Assembly: GCA_036785375.1 (NCBI GenBank)
Contig: JAWMAR010000131.1
Location: 4,402,001-4,466,000, forward strand
Direction: 5' to 3'
From: Leucoraja ocellata
Lineage: Eukaryota
Length of the DNA: 64,000 bases
Part shown: piece by piece, positions 48,858 to 62,675 of the stretch
Numbering within the stretch: position 1 is the first letter of the stretch
How the letters are laid out: each line of letters begins with the position of its first letter
Translations under genes and position numbers: made by a program
The notes under the pieces: model-generated
What the model was told of the DNA's origin: nothing
The model's input: the letters and a program-made list of their open reading frames with translations, nothing else
Databases searched by the model: none

Positions 48858-49744
48858 GACCTTTTGACCTTATGACCCAAAACATCACACATTCTTTTTC
48901 TCCAGAGATGCTGCCTGATCCATTGAGTTGCCGCAGCACTTTGTGTCTAACTATACTCCGAATATTTCATTGAGCTGACTGGCTCCATAGGTCAGTGGTT
49001 CAGAACTCTGTCCTCTATATTCGTCCAACAATACTCTACAGGGATTTTGCATAGGGACTTGATGTTACTGTGAATGTTCCTCATGTGGAGAATATACTGT
49101 ATCATCCATAATCATGTGATTTATACCTGAGTACCCTGTCAATTTGCTGACTCGGTGTAATATGATCTAGTATACACAGGTAGATGCAATGCTGGAGTAA
49201 CTCAGCAGGCGAGGCAGCATCTCTGGAGAGAAGGAATGGGTGACGTTTAGGGTCGAGAGCCTAGATGGGCCGAATGGCCTAATTCTACTCCTATTCCTTA
49301 TGACCCTCCCTGCAATCAGCATGAAGAAAGGTCCTGACCCAAAACATCGCCTATCCATGTTCTCCAAAGATGCTGCCTGACCCGCTGAGTTACTCCAGCA
49401 TTTTGTCTTTCATTCTGTTAACAACATGTTTAAGCACATGTTTTAGTGTTGTATCGTTTCCTTTGCTCTACCTATTGTATTTGAGTTTGATGTGATTATA
49501 TTTACAGTATGTATAGTATTAGCCGTTTGGATGCCATGCAAAACAAAGCTTTTCACTGTACCTCGGTACACGTGACATTAGTAAACACAAACCTAAGCCT
49601 TTGGTGCCTAGAGTGTTGTGGTACTCTTGACCGAAAGCCAATGCAACATCATAATTAAACTCATTGCCATCTTGTTTTCCATTCACTGATCAGTTCTGTA
49701 TCCACCCACACCTGCAATAAATTTGTTCCTCAGGTATTTCTCAT

Positions 49745-50047
49745 GGTCGGCACGGTGGCGCAGCGGTAGAGTTGCTGCCTTATAGCACCAGAGACTCTGG
49801 TTCGATCCCGGCTACAGGTGCTGTCTGTGTGGCGTTTGTATGTTCTCCCCATGACCTTGTGTGTTTTCTCTGAGAAATCCAGTTTCCTCCCACCCTCCAA
49901 AGACATACAGGTTTGCCGGTTAATTGGCTTGGTATTAATGTAAATTGTCCCGAGTGTGTGCAGGATAGAGTTAATGTGCGGAGATCGTTGGTTGGTGCGG
50001 GCTCGGTGGGCCGAAGGGCCTGTTTCTGCTCTATCTCTAAACTAAAC
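49745..50047 (+). mobile_element. Full-length tRNA-derived SINE
   Basis: A/B boxes, body, TAAAC tail. Confidence 0.85.
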
Positions 50048-50539
50048 CATTTCTCTATTTATCTTGTCCAGTTGTTTTGGAGCTGCCAGAGTATTTGGGT
50101 TGCCTGTTCACTGTCCCCATTGTAGATGTCCTTGATCAGTGGACCTTCACGTATTTAGCTGAGAAATGTTTGCATATCAACATTTGGACATTTATTGGAA
50201 TTGGTCTTCGAAGATAATTTCTTCCCATACGTAAAAAAGGCAGCAATTATAAATTCAGTCTGTTAATTGGTTTTCATAATGCGTTTGGATATTTGTGTTT
50301 TTGTTCTGTTATCTGGTGAGGTTGTCTCTTGATTTAACAAACTTCTGACGTCCTGATTAAACTTCTTGTCAGCTTGTCTTCTCTTAAGTGGTTCGTTCTA
50401 TATTTACTTCATCAGATTTCTCCACTGTTCTAGTTTGTCTTTTGCTGAAATCATTTGATGAACATTGTTTTTGTTCATAAGCTGCTTTCAAAATGTATTG
50501 TCCACAGCTAGTGAGGTACAGATTTTTGGTTTAGCCATC

Positions 50540-50857
50540 CATGGCTTGTATTCATTGGAATTTGGAAGGATGAGACGGGATCTTATAGAAACTTCTAAAA
50601 TTCTTAAAGGTTTGGACAGACTAGATGCAGGAAAAATGTTCCCGCTTTTGGGGGAGTTGAGAACCAGGGGTATGGGGGGGAAAAAGCAGGAACGGGGTAC
50701 TGATTTTAGATGATCAACTATGATCATATTGAATGGCTGTGCTGGCTCGAATGGCCTACTCCTGCACCTATTTTTCTATGTTTCTATCATATTGAATGAT
50801 GGTGCTGGCTCGAAGGGCTGAATGGCCTACTGCTGAACCTATTTGCTATGTTTCTAT
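50540..50857 (+). mobile_element. CR1 3' fragment with duplicated tail
   Basis: GLYSLEFGRMRRDLIETSKILKGLDRLDAGKMFPL; tail unit repeated. Confidence 0.8.
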
Positions 50858-52719
50858 ACACAAGAGAAGCCACGTTTCTGGCGATGACAAAGTTACTGCC
50901 AGTTCAAACTGGCCATTATAGCCCAGGGTGCTTTATTAAAAAATTTGACTTAGCAATTCTTTAAAAAATATTTTGCCTAAATATGCATTGAGACCAATCT
51001 TGCTCTTAGAACTTAAAGAACTTAATCCTCTTGAATGTTTCTACCCATGACGGAGCAATCTGCTGCTGTGTTAATATGCATTTCATTTAATTTGATTGTT
51101 GATCTTCACAATTACTTTAAAATCCTGTTTTCACTTCCTGCTGTTTGCACACATGGTGCAGGCATTACCTAGCCTTGTACGCTCAGTTCCATTTCAAACT
51201 GGGTAGATTCTCCCTCTATTTTCCTGTTGGGGAAAAGCTTTCCTTCCACAAAAGGGTTTGCATTGGTCACCTTGTCCTCGCACGCTTTGATTTGCATGCA
51301 GAGGATGGACCCAAAGTGGTGGAGTAACTATTTGGGGTCAGGCAGCATCTCTGGAGAAGAGGAATGGGTGATGTTTTGTGTCGGGACCTGAAGAAGTGTC
51401 AATGGATATCTTAAAGCATCTCTGGAGAAGATGCCTATTGCATCCCATGTCTTTAGCACTTGCCGTTTACAGCACGTTGATGCCTTTGAACGAGCACACT
51501 GGTGGTGAATGGAGCCTGTTGCACCAGGAGCAAGGATTGCCTGGCATCTCACAGTTATACGGTGTGGAAACAGGCCCTTCGGCCCAACTTGCCACTCCGA
51601 CCTATATGCCCCATCTACACTAGTCCCATCTGCTTACGTTTGGCCCATCTCCCTCCAAACCGGTCCTATCTGTGTACCTGTCCAAATGTTTTTTTAAAGG
51701 TTGTGATGATCCCTGCTTAAACCATCTCCTCCAGCAGCTTGTCTTACACCCACCACCCATTTGTGTTAATTGAAAAATAAAAAGTTGCCCCTTCAGGTTT
51801 CAATTAAACCATTTAGGAACAGTCTGATTCTGCTCAACCTCTCCCTCTAGGTCAGGCCTGGGAGTCTGGGCAACAGCCTGGTAAATCTTCTCTGTACCAT
51901 TCCCATGTTAGTGCAAACACCTGTCGGGGGATGGGGGTGGGGGAGTGAGTGTGACTGACTGCTGCAGCTGAGGGTCCTAGGTATTAATCAAAGTCACTCA
52001 CTTCCATCAAGTTGTTAATTCTACAAACCATGTGCGACGTTAGATTCCTCCTGCCCAGTAGTTTTGGCTTGATCCGCTTGTCAGTCAGCCGCATGCTATC
52101 TATTCCACGCTGCATGCTTTAAGAATTCACCAAAGATGTGGTGCCTTGATAAATCCTTTAATGCAATGGGGCTGATTCACTGACACTGTCTTCAGCTCCT
52201 GCCAAACATGCACCACTCTGCTGTTTCATTCATCTGCGGATTGAAGTAATCCTCTAGGTTTCTGAACTATCTCAGTGAAGGTAAAATCCCTGACTTTCTG
52301 TAGGACTACCAGATTAGCAAGCATAAAATCGCCTCCAAGACTTATCCCCTGTTAATAAAATAGCCACCTTTATTATTTTCTTACGAGTGGTCAATATCTC
52401 AGCCTTGTCATGTGTTTCAACTAGAATATTTTATCCTTGTTAAAAATACGCTTTCATTCACTTCATGTACACTGTGAACAAGCTCCCATACTCGATTGTG
52501 CATTCATAGACTGTTGATGTGCCCTATCTGTGATGGAGCACTTTTGTCTATTTTCAAACCAGCAATGCTGTAGCACACGAGGCACGCTGTAGTTTAGAAC
52601 TTGTCTTGTGCTCCCATGCCAATTCCCCAAATAGCGATGTTGGCCTGTTCCACAATGCTAGCAGGCACTGCCGTTGTGTTATGCAAGATTTTGCAGGTTC
52701 ATTCTGTGTGAGTTTGTAC

Positions 52720-53785
52720 CGGCACGGTGGCACAGCGGTCGAGTCGCTGCCTTGCAGCGCCAGAGACCCGGGTTTGATCCGGATTACGGGCGCAGTCTGT
52801 ACACAGTTTGTACGTTCTCTCTGTGACCGGGTGGGTTTTCTCTGGGTGATCCGGTTTCCTCCCACAGTCCAAAGACGTGCAGTTTTATAGGCACAGCATA
52901 TAATCCTCCAACATTTTCGCCGCCTCCAACATGATGGCCATCTCTTCCCATCTCCACCCCTTTCTGCTTTCCGCCGAGACTGTTCCCTCTGAAACTCCCT
53001 GGTCAACTCATCCCTTGCCACCCAAACCACCAGGTACTATCCCCTGCAACAGCTGGAGATGCAATGCATGTCCCTTTACCTCCCCCCATCGACTCCATCC
53101 AAGGACCCGAACATTCTTTCCAGGTGAGGCAGAGGTTCACTTGCACCTCCTCCAACCTCATCTACTGTTTCCGCTGTTCCAGATGTCAACTTCTGTACAT
53201 CAGCAAGACCAGCGCAGGCTCAGCGATCGTTTTGCTGAACACCACTGCTCAGTCCATCTTAACTTACCTGATCTCCTGGCTGCTCAGCACTTTAACTCCC
53301 CCTCCCATTCCCAATATGACCTTTGTGTCCTGGGCCTCCACCATTGTCGGAGTGAGGCCCAGCGCAAATTGGAGGAACAACATCTCATATTTCGCTTGGG
53401 TAGCTTACACCCCAGCGGTATGAACATTGACTTATCTAACTTCAAATAGCCTTTGCTTTCTCTCTCCATCCCTTCCCTCATCCCAGTTCTTCCACCAGTC
53501 TTACCGTCTCTGACTACCTTCTATCTCTGTCTCGTCCACTCCTCTGACATCAGTCTGCAGGAGGGTCTTGACCCGAAACATCACCCATTCCCTCTCTCCA
53601 GAGATGCTGCCTGCCCTGCTGAGTTACTCCAGCATCTTGTGTCTACCTTCAGTTTTGTAGGTTAGTTGGCTTCTGTAAATTGTCCCTAGTGTCTAGGATA
53701 GAACTGGTGTTTGGGGATTGCTGGTCGGCATGGACTTGGCCGGCTGAAGGGACAGTTTCCACGTTGTATCTCTAAACTAAACTCA
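52720..53785 (+). mobile_element. SINE split by a Penelope-like insertion
   Basis: Head 52720-52891 and tail 53650-53785. Confidence 0.8.
52892..53649 (+). mobile_element. Penelope-like retroelement 3' fragment: frameshifted GIY-YIG endonuclease plus pLTR
   Basis: PC..RCNAC linker; FTCTSSNLIYCFRCSRCQLLYISKT..RLSDRFAEH...EQHLIFRLGSLHPSGMN; stop at 53449. Decayed hammerhead 53555-53582. TSD CAGTTTT(A/G)TAGG. Confidence 0.85.
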
Positions 53786-54257
53786 ATTATTTCAGAGTCC
53801 CATCAGGTTCAGCTGATCATCTTGTTCGCAGCTTTCCAATTCCTTTTGGTTCTGCTTGTCGATTACTTTTTGGTCTTCAAAAAAAAATCTTCAATTACCA
53901 CTAATGGTGCTTTGTAAAGAGGTGCTGGTGCTGCAATGATAGAACTAATGAGAATAAACAGTAATAATTCCAGGAGGCATGTAACTCGGAACCCCTATAT
54001 TGCTGATTAGCAATTAATAAATGCTTGTGTCATGCCACTTGACTCCCTAACATTATACATGTCTCGCTACCCAAGTTGTGTTTAGCTACATTAAAATTAT
54101 AATGAAGGAGTCCATTCTAATTTAATTTGCCTTGATGTGAAGTTAACAACATTGTGAGCTACACAGATTTTTGGATCCTGCCCATTTATCTCGGGGAATA
54201 AATAAATGTAGACTAATATTAGGCAAGATGAGTAGCGGTGGAAATTATTCATTGATC

Positions 54258-54945
54258 TATGCAGGAAGGAACTGCAGATGCTGGTTTACACTGAAGATGC
54301 TGGAGTAACTCGACGGGACAGGCAGCATCTCTGGAGAGAAGGAATGGATGACGTTTCGGGTTGAGATTCTTCTCCACACATGTTGCGGGGCAATATCTTT
54401 CTGCAGACTGAAGAAGGGTCTCAACCCAAAACGTCACCTAAACCATCTCTCCAGGTGAGTTACTCCACCTGCTGAGTTCCTCCAGCACTTTGTGTCTTCA
54501 TTGAAGATCTCCTGGTCGATCTCCTGATGCTGTGGGCTTTCCGTTTGGTGACTTGGATTTAAAGTGACCTTTTTTGTGTTCAAGTCGTCTATGGTAGATT
54601 CTTATAATTTAGTGGTGGCTCTCGACAGTAGAGTTGGCCTGTGATCCCAGTAACTGTGTTCCAATATGGGGTGGTACGGTGGCACTCGGTTTGAGTCGCT
54701 GCCTTACAGCGCCTGGGACCCCAGTTCGATCTTGACTGCGGGTGCTGTCTCTACGGAGTTTGTACGTTCTTCCTGCGACTGCTTGGGTTTTCTCTGGGTG
54801 CTCTTGTTTCCTCCCATATTCCCAAAGCGTGCAGGTTTGTAGTTATATTGGCTTCTGAAAATTGCCCCGAGTGTGTAGGATAATCGTGGTCGGCATGGAC
54901 ACGGTAGGCCCGAAAGCCTGTTTCCACGCTGTATCTCCAAACTAA
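54258..54945. mobile_element. PLE palindrome (~54258-54500) and SINE (+, ~54668-54945)
   Basis: Family motifs as elsewhere. Confidence 0.75.
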
Positions 54946-55439
54946 AGATAGCTGACGTACAAAAGATTGCAGTAGCGTGGCCAATATGAAGCAAGATACA
55001 AATAATATGTTGCTCAGTGTAAAAAATGGCGATTTGATGGCTTTTTCATTGTGATATAAAATTACAAATGGGTTTGTAATAAATTGTGACCACTTTAAAA
55101 AAAAATTGCTGAGATTCTTGCAATTTTGGTACAATGCTACACTTGTGAATGAATTATCTAGAATTATCACTCTTCATGTTGGAGGCTGCTTCAGTGAAGG
55201 CCTGCAGCTATGTATTGATTTAATTTTCTATTAGATAGTATTGAATAACGAGTGAAGGTTTTAGTTGTTGATGAATCATTTCAGCCACAAAATAATTTTT
55301 GTCTTGGTTCTGAAATTTACTTGTGTGTGCATTTTGATATTAGTTTCAATGAATGTAACTTGATGATTTATTTGTTAATGCAGATGTGTAATGGGTGGCC
55401 ATTTCGCCACACTCTGTCTATCAAGGCCTCCTGGTTCTT

Positions 55440-56410
55440 CATGTTCATAAGAGATAGGAGCAGAATTAGGCCATTCGGCCCAACAAGTCAATTCCGTCAT
55501 TCAATCGTAGCTGATCTATCTCTCCCTCCTAAACCCATTCTCCTCATAACCTCTGACACTCGTACTAATCAAGAATCTATCTTTCTCTCTCTCTCTCACT
55601 CTCTGCCTTAAAAATATCCACTGACTTGGCCTCCTCGGCCTTCTGTGGCAAAAAATCCCACAGATTCACCACCATCTGACTAAAGAAATTCCTCCTCGTC
55701 TCCTCCCTAAAAGAACGCCCTTTAATTCTGCGATTATGACCTCTGGTCTGAAAATCTCCCACTAGTGGAAACATCCTCTCCACATCCACACGATCTAGGT
55801 CTTTCACTGTTCAGTAACTTTCAATGAGGTGCCCCTTCATCCTTCTAACTATTTTAACTCCTCTTCCTGTTCCAATACCAACCTTTTTACCCTGGGCCTC
55901 CATTGTCGGAGTGCTGCCACATGTTAACTGGAGGAACAGCACCACATAGCTTACAACCCAACCCTGTGCACATTGAATTCTCCAATTTTAGGTAACAGCA
56001 ACAAACAGCCTCCCTCCCCCAACCAATTTTTCTCCCTCTCTGCCCAATGCCCCATCTAAACGCGCACACATCTCTCCCTAAATCCTTCCCTCTCCCCACC
56101 ATTTCCCGTTTCACCCATATCCTGATCCCTGGCTTTGAATTTCCAACCTCGTATCTCGTAGCCTTTAGTCTTTAAACACCGGCCTTTGAACAAACATTTG
56201 CCAACCAACCCCCAACCTTGCTTCTATCCACCTATCACTTGGCTTTGTCCCACCACAAGCATCCTCCCCACGACTGCTATCGATCTGGAAAAGGGTTCCG
56301 ACCTGAAGCATTACATAATCCTGTCCTCCAGTGATGTGGCCTGACCTGCTGAGTTACACCAATGCTCTATCTTTTTGTTGCAAACCAGCATCTACTGTCC
56401 ACGGTGTCAA
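55440..56410. mobile_element. CR1 3' fragment (-, to ~55850) followed by an old PLE fragment (+)
   Basis: KDLDRVDVERMFPLVG...FFSQMVVNLWDFLPQ; PLE end LQPNPVHIEFSNFR*. Confidence 0.75.
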
Positions 56411-56639
56411 CATTGTCTTTTTCTGCCTTTCAATTGTCACTATCTCAGTACAAATAATATTGGGTGGGACCTAGTGTAGATGGGGCATCTTGGTCGGCAT
56501 GGGCAAGTTGGGCCGAAGGGCCTGTTTCTGTGCTCTATGACTAATGTGCATTTATTTTATATCGTGGAATATGACCATTCTGCTGTGCTAAATAAATTGG
56601 CATAGTAGTTGATGTTTTTAATCTTTTCAACTCGGGATT

Positions 56640-56934
56640 AATTAGTTTAGTTTTGAGATACAGCGCGGAAACGGGGCATTCGGCCCACCAAGTCCGCGCT
56701 GATCAACAATCTCCGCACGCTAACAATTTTCCACACACTAGGAACATTTTACAATTTTACCAAGCCAATTCGCTTACAAACCTGTACGTCTTTGGAGTGT
56801 GGGAGGAAACCGGAGCACCCGGTGAAAACCCACACAGGTCACGGGGAGAACGTGCAAACTCCATGCAGACAGCACCCGTAGTCGGGATTGACCCTGGGTC
56901 TCTGCAACTCTACCGCTGCGCCACCGTGCCACCC
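56640..56934 (-). mobile_element. Full-length tRNA-derived SINE
   Basis: Colinear with the other copies. Confidence 0.85.
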
Positions 56935-58904
56935 CAGTGCCACCCTACCGATTTGTAAAGGATGTTAAAGCGATGAGTAAAATATGTTAAATTCTTTTTT
57001 TTTTTTGAATCGTGGTAAATCTTTAAAAAAAACCATTTTCATGTAACTTGTCTGTTTGACAATGAGACTGCTTATCGGTTGTCCGTCAGCCAGTGCTATT
57101 CAAGGGCTGTTCACATTGACGCTAGTATGTTGTGGATATTACTTTGATAGACAACCAGGAGACTGATATTTACTTGCAGTCTTATCAAGTGATGTGCATT
57201 AAATGCTGAGCTATACAGAAATCATTGGCTACATGAAACATTTTGCGACTTATCAGAATGGAATTGCTTAATATTTGTCTTTGAGGGATCGAGAGTTTTC
57301 CCCTACGAAATCTTTCATTTATGCAGCATTAGGTTTGTCTTGGGGAAAGAAAAATTTTGTCCAGTCAGCCAAACTAAAAGCTACACGGTATTGGGTTTGA
57401 CAGCAACAAAGTCTGAAAGATATCTGCCTTTGTCCTGGCCTGCACTGCTGTCAATTGCTTTCCTCTGTGGACAGAATCGGTGAAACTCCATGCCCGGCAC
57501 TCCATGAATGGAACTAATCTGCTTAAATGCAATAGCAGTTCATTCTGACTTGGAACTGGGGTTGTGATACAGTGAAGGCAAATGTTTTCTCAGAGAGAGA
57601 GAGCGAGCGAGAGAGAGAGGAAAAAAAAGGAGGATTGAAATGCAGCATTACCGCGTGCAATAATTCAGCTGAAGCTTTCAGAGTTTATGAAGAAATGTAA
57701 TTAGGGAAAGCTCGGAATAATGTCATCGCTTTCAATGAATGCAAAGAATTGTACTTGGCCTCTGTATTAAGCACCAGCAAGAATGATAGAGTCGGGGCAT
57801 GTAAACTCAAGGGGTTTCCGTGCATATTTGGATTATCATACAGGACAATGGATAATCATGTTCACAAAAGCCCACGGTAGTACTGCTTTGTCCGTGTGTT
57901 TAGAGATAGCACAATATTCTGAGCGGCACATGGTTTGAAATGGGAGATTTAGGATTGCTTACACGTGTAATTCTGACAAATTCATTGCGAAGTAGATGGG
58001 ACGGGATGCTTCAAATCCTTTGGTTCAGGCTGTAGTTCCCAGGTTGGAACTATTTCATGAGCGCTATTTCATGTTTCCAATTTGAGTTCTGGCCAATTAT
58101 TGTCAAGCCCCGTTTCATGCGTGGTGGCAGCTGTTTTGCAATAACTGCAGAATTGAAACCCAATTTCCAAGTGATTTAGTGGTGTAGCTTCCACACTGCA
58201 TTTATATTTCTCATGGACTCGTGTGTACCTGCTGCTTTTGACCTGTGTATGTTTTGACATTCTCCCAGCGGAGCTGTTCCCCGTCAAGCCTCGAGGCGAG
58301 ATGATTCTACCCATTGCATTTGATGGCCACGAGTTCCAATTAATGGTGGCACTTTGCTGTTCAACAGCAGCAGTAGTTTGAGAGATGGGAAAGGTAGTGA
58401 TGATTCACAAGGAGAAGAGACAGTAAGGTGGAAACGAGAGTTGACGGGGAGAGTGGGGGGATAGAGAATTATTAGAGAACAATACGGGGGGGGGGGGACA
58501 TGTATTGAGCGCCAACATGAACCTTTGGGGCAGAAGAATGCCGACATCTGATTAAACAGGGAAAACGAGACACAAAATCACATACATTGGAAGGAAAAGA
58601 AAAGCTGAGAGTGGCTTAGAAAATGACCCTTCCATTTGTCTAATTACCTAATTAATCATTGCCTTACCAAACACTCCTCTTGTTTCTTGCAGCTTTAGAA
58701 AATAGTCATTTAATTCAAGAGCAAAATTACTCTGAGCACAAAAGAGACAAAGAATGAAGTTCCATGCAGCAGATAGCTGTATTCCGGGCCCGTATTTATT
58801 TGATTTTTCTCCGTTAATGCCTGAATTATGCTGTTGATTGAGGTTTTTTTTACGCAACGTGAAAGTTCCAAAAGCCATTCTGCGTTTATCGTAGTTCACA
58901 AATT

Positions 58905-59730
58905 GATAGGTTGTGGGTGCAGAATTAGGCCATTCGGCCCATCAAGTCTACTCCGTCATCCAATCGTGGCTGATCTATTTTCCCCCTCCGAACCCCCTTC
59001 TCCCCATAACCTCTGACACCCGTACTAATCAAGAATCTATCAATCTCTGCCTTAAAAAAATATCCATTGACCTGGCCTCCACAGCCTTTCGTGGCTATGA
59101 ATTCCACAGATTCACCACCCTCTGTCAGTGATGTGATGCTGTTGCCTTCAGTTGCTTGGCGGTGGGGGCAACACTCCAATGGGATACCACCATCAAAGTT
59201 GAGACTGGTTTCACCAGTGTTGCATTTGCTATTTAAATGGAGTAAACTGTCCTGCTTTCCAAACATTTAAATTCCCATTCCCCTACAGACCTTTCTATCC
59301 GAGGCTGCCCCCACTGTCAGAGTGAGGCCCCACCAAAATTGGAGGGACAACGCCTCTTATTTTGCTTGGGCACCTGTCAACCCAGCGTTGATTTCTCTCA
59401 TTTCAAATAACTCCTGCATTCCCTCTCTCCTTTCTTTCCCCACCCCCCACCCTAGTTGTCCTACTCTCTCCACTGTTTGTATCCTTGTATTCCTTTGTTA
59501 TCACCTCTACCCCAGTCAATAATGTGCCATTCTGGTCATCTGTGGCCGGCCCTACGTTGTTCTGGCCTTTTCTTGCCACCAGTTCCCTCCCGTCTACTCT
59601 GTCTGAAGAAGGGTCCCGACCCGATACGTCACCCATCCTTTTTCTCCAGAGATGCTGCCTGACCCGCTGAGTTACTCCAGCACTTTGTGTCCGCCTAGCA
59701 CAAACCTGCATCTGCAACTCCTTCCGACAC
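58905..59730. mobile_element. CR1 tail (-, to ~59125) and decayed PLE 3' fragment (+)
   Basis: pLTR with CTGAAGAAGGGTCCCGACCCGATACGTC at 59603. Confidence 0.7.
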
Positions 59731-60014
59731 AAACTGGCTCAACTTCTTGGAAGGAAATTAAAATGGCACCACTATGTACACTCGGACTGTAAATCATTTA
59801 TTAATGAAGCCTTCATTAACAGTCATCTACAACTTCACAAAGAGATGATGGTGATGATGATGATGAAGACTCACTAAATCAAAATGCTTTTACTATAAAC
59901 ATGTCTATGAATGGAGCAAGGCCAAGCTGGGATTTCCTGCTGTAATGCAGCAGTACTATAACTGATGCAAGCTAATCAAGAACTAAGAGGTCGCATTAAT
60001 TTCCATTTTTGATT

Positions 60015-61195
60015 GGTTTAGTTATGTTTAGACCTTGGAGAAGCAGGCCCTTCGTCTCACCGAGATTGCGTCAACTAGCACTTTCCTACACAGTTTACTC
60101 TTTTCACTGAAGCAAATTAAACTACAAAGCTGTACGTCTTTGGAGTGTGGGGAGGAAACCGGAGCACCAGGAGAAAACCCCAGGTGGTCACGGGGAGAAC
60201 GTATAAACTCCATACAGACAGCACCCGTAGTCCGGATCGAACCCAGATCTCTGGCCCTACGAGGCAGAAACTCTACCCCTGCGCCACTGTTCTTTCAGCC
60301 TGTCGTAGCTGGGTTGTGCGTTTGCAAGTTGTACATAATGAATACAAGGGGCAGGTTTTCTACACTGAGTGGTGGGTGCTTGGAATGTGCTTCCCTGGGT
60401 GGTGGTGAAGGTGGATACGGTGGGAGTGTTTAGGAAGCTACTGTATAGGCACGTGGATATGTAGGTAATGTGCGGGCGGAGTCGAATAGTTTAACTCAGC
60501 ATCGTGTTTGGTGCGGACATTGTGGGTCTGTTCCTGTGGAACCGAAGAACCGCAGATACTGGTTTACACCAAGGATAGACACAAGTACTGGAGAAATGCA
60601 GCGGGTCAGGCAGCATCTCTGGAGGAAAACAAATAGGTGATGTTTCGGATCGGAACCCTTCTGCAGACTCAATAGGGCCTGGCCCTGTTCCCAACCAGTT
60701 ATGAAGCCTGTTTCCAGTACATGAGCTGCCATTTTGCTTCTTTGCCCATCTCCGCCACGCCACTGCACTACATTTAAAAGGGCACAAAGTGCTGGAATAA
60801 CTCAGCAAGTCAGGCAGCATCTCTGGATGAAAAACGATAAGTGGCGTTTCGGGTCGGGAACCTTCTTCAGACTCGAAGGGCCTGTCCTGTACTGTGCTAT
60901 GTTCTGCATGTTCCAATACCTTAATTTGGCAAAGACAATGAAGGAAGCCACAATTGCTTGGCTTGCACTTGGTTGCTTTGTTCTTTTTGTAATTGTTTTG
61001 TGACGAAATGTGGTTCATTGCTACAGAAGGCCGTGGAGGGCGAGACAATGGATTACTTCAGGGCAGTGATAGATTCTTGATTAGTATGGGTGTCAGGGGG
61101 GCCGGGGAGAAGGCAGGAGAATAGGGTTGAAAGGGAAAGATAGATAGCCGTGATTGAATGGCGGAGTGGACTTGATGGGCCGAATCCTGCTCCTG
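60015..61195. mobile_element. Cluster: SINE (-), CR1 fragments (+), two PLE arms
   Basis: Family motifs as elsewhere. Confidence 0.7.
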
Positions 61196-62084
61196 AAATG
61201 GAAGGAGCTGCATCTGAGCAATTTGACCAGCCACCATTTTTTTTTGTTTTTTTTTTGTTCCAGTTCGAGGGGACCTAAACAGTCTGGGTTTGATTTTATT
61301 AGATCTTGTCAATAATGTGGTCTTTGTAGGCTGAGCTGAGGAGCAGCCTGATCCTGGGGCAATCTTTTTCTAAATGAGGAAAGTAGAATTGGTCTATTGC
61401 GTTTGGGGGATTACTTCATTTAAAAGTCAATATCTAGCCAGTACATGCCACAGCAATGCATTTTTAGGAAAATCAAACTGCTAAGTATTTCTTGTGCAGT
61501 AGTAAAACCCTTTCACTTGTCATGGTCCATTTGTTGCTTCAGTGAAATAGCCGAAAGCTAAACTACCTTTCTCATTCGTATGTGTTCAGTATTAGCGTCG
61601 AACATTGCCTTCGCTCACCAGGTCCACATTCATTAGGACGTTGCGGAGATTCTAGTGAAGAGATTAAACAAAATAATTTGCACATTTGAAGCGTGAAATG
61701 GTAAATAAATAATTGCCGCCGTTTCCTAACCCCTCTCTCGCCTCGTCTTTGTGTATCAGTTCGGAATCATCAATGAGCTGCTTTTGTTCCTCGTTGGTTT
61801 TAACTTTTATAGATGAGATCTGTAATTCCTTTCAATTGATAACCAATGTCAGATACCTCGGGCTGCACTTTCAATGGATTTGTGCAGTAATTGGCCAGTT
61901 AATGTGACAGTACAGACATATTATGAACAAGATGTTGCTGCAAGGAAGTTGGTTGAAGCCTTCAACTCAATATAACCAGTCTCGCTGTGATTAAAGTAAA
62001 CATTTTTTTTGTCTGTCCGTGTGGATTAAAAATCGTGTCCACTTCAACTCTTTGCTGGACAGATCTCCCATGTTCTCCTGCATA

Positions 62085-62675
62085 GGGTCGGCACAGTGGT
62101 GCAGCTGGTTTATTCGCTGCCTCACAGTGCCCGAGCCCCGGGTTCGATCCTGAGCCCCCGTATGCTGTCTATGTGGAGTTTGCATGTTCTCCCTGTGACC
62201 GCGTGGGATTTATCTGGCTTACTCCCACATCCCAAAGACATGCAGGTTTGTAGGTTAATTGGCTTCTGTATATTGTCCCTGGTGTGTAGGCTAGCACTAG
62301 TGTACGGGTGATTGCTGGTCGCCATGGACTCGGTGGGCCGAAGTTACTGTTGCCATGTCGTATGTCTAAACTAAACTTTGGGCGGCACGGTGGCGCAGCA
62401 GTAGTTGATACACGTACAAAGACCTGTTTGATCTGGACAATGGCTGCTGTCTATACGGAGTCTGTACGTTCTCCCCATGACCTGCATGGGTTTTCTCCAA
62501 GAACTTCGGTTTCCTCCCACACTCCAAAGACGTACAGATTTAGAGGTCAATTGGCTTGGTGTAATTGTAAAAATGGTCACTTGCGTAGGATAGTGTTAAT
62601 GTGCGGATATTGCTGGTCAGTGCAGACTTGATGGGCCGAAGGGCCTGGTTCCACGCTGTATCTCTAAACTAAACT
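62085..62675 (+). mobile_element. Tandem head-to-tail SINE dimer
   Basis: The second head GGGCGGCACGGTGGCGCAGC follows the first TAAAC tail at ~62380. Confidence 0.8.
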
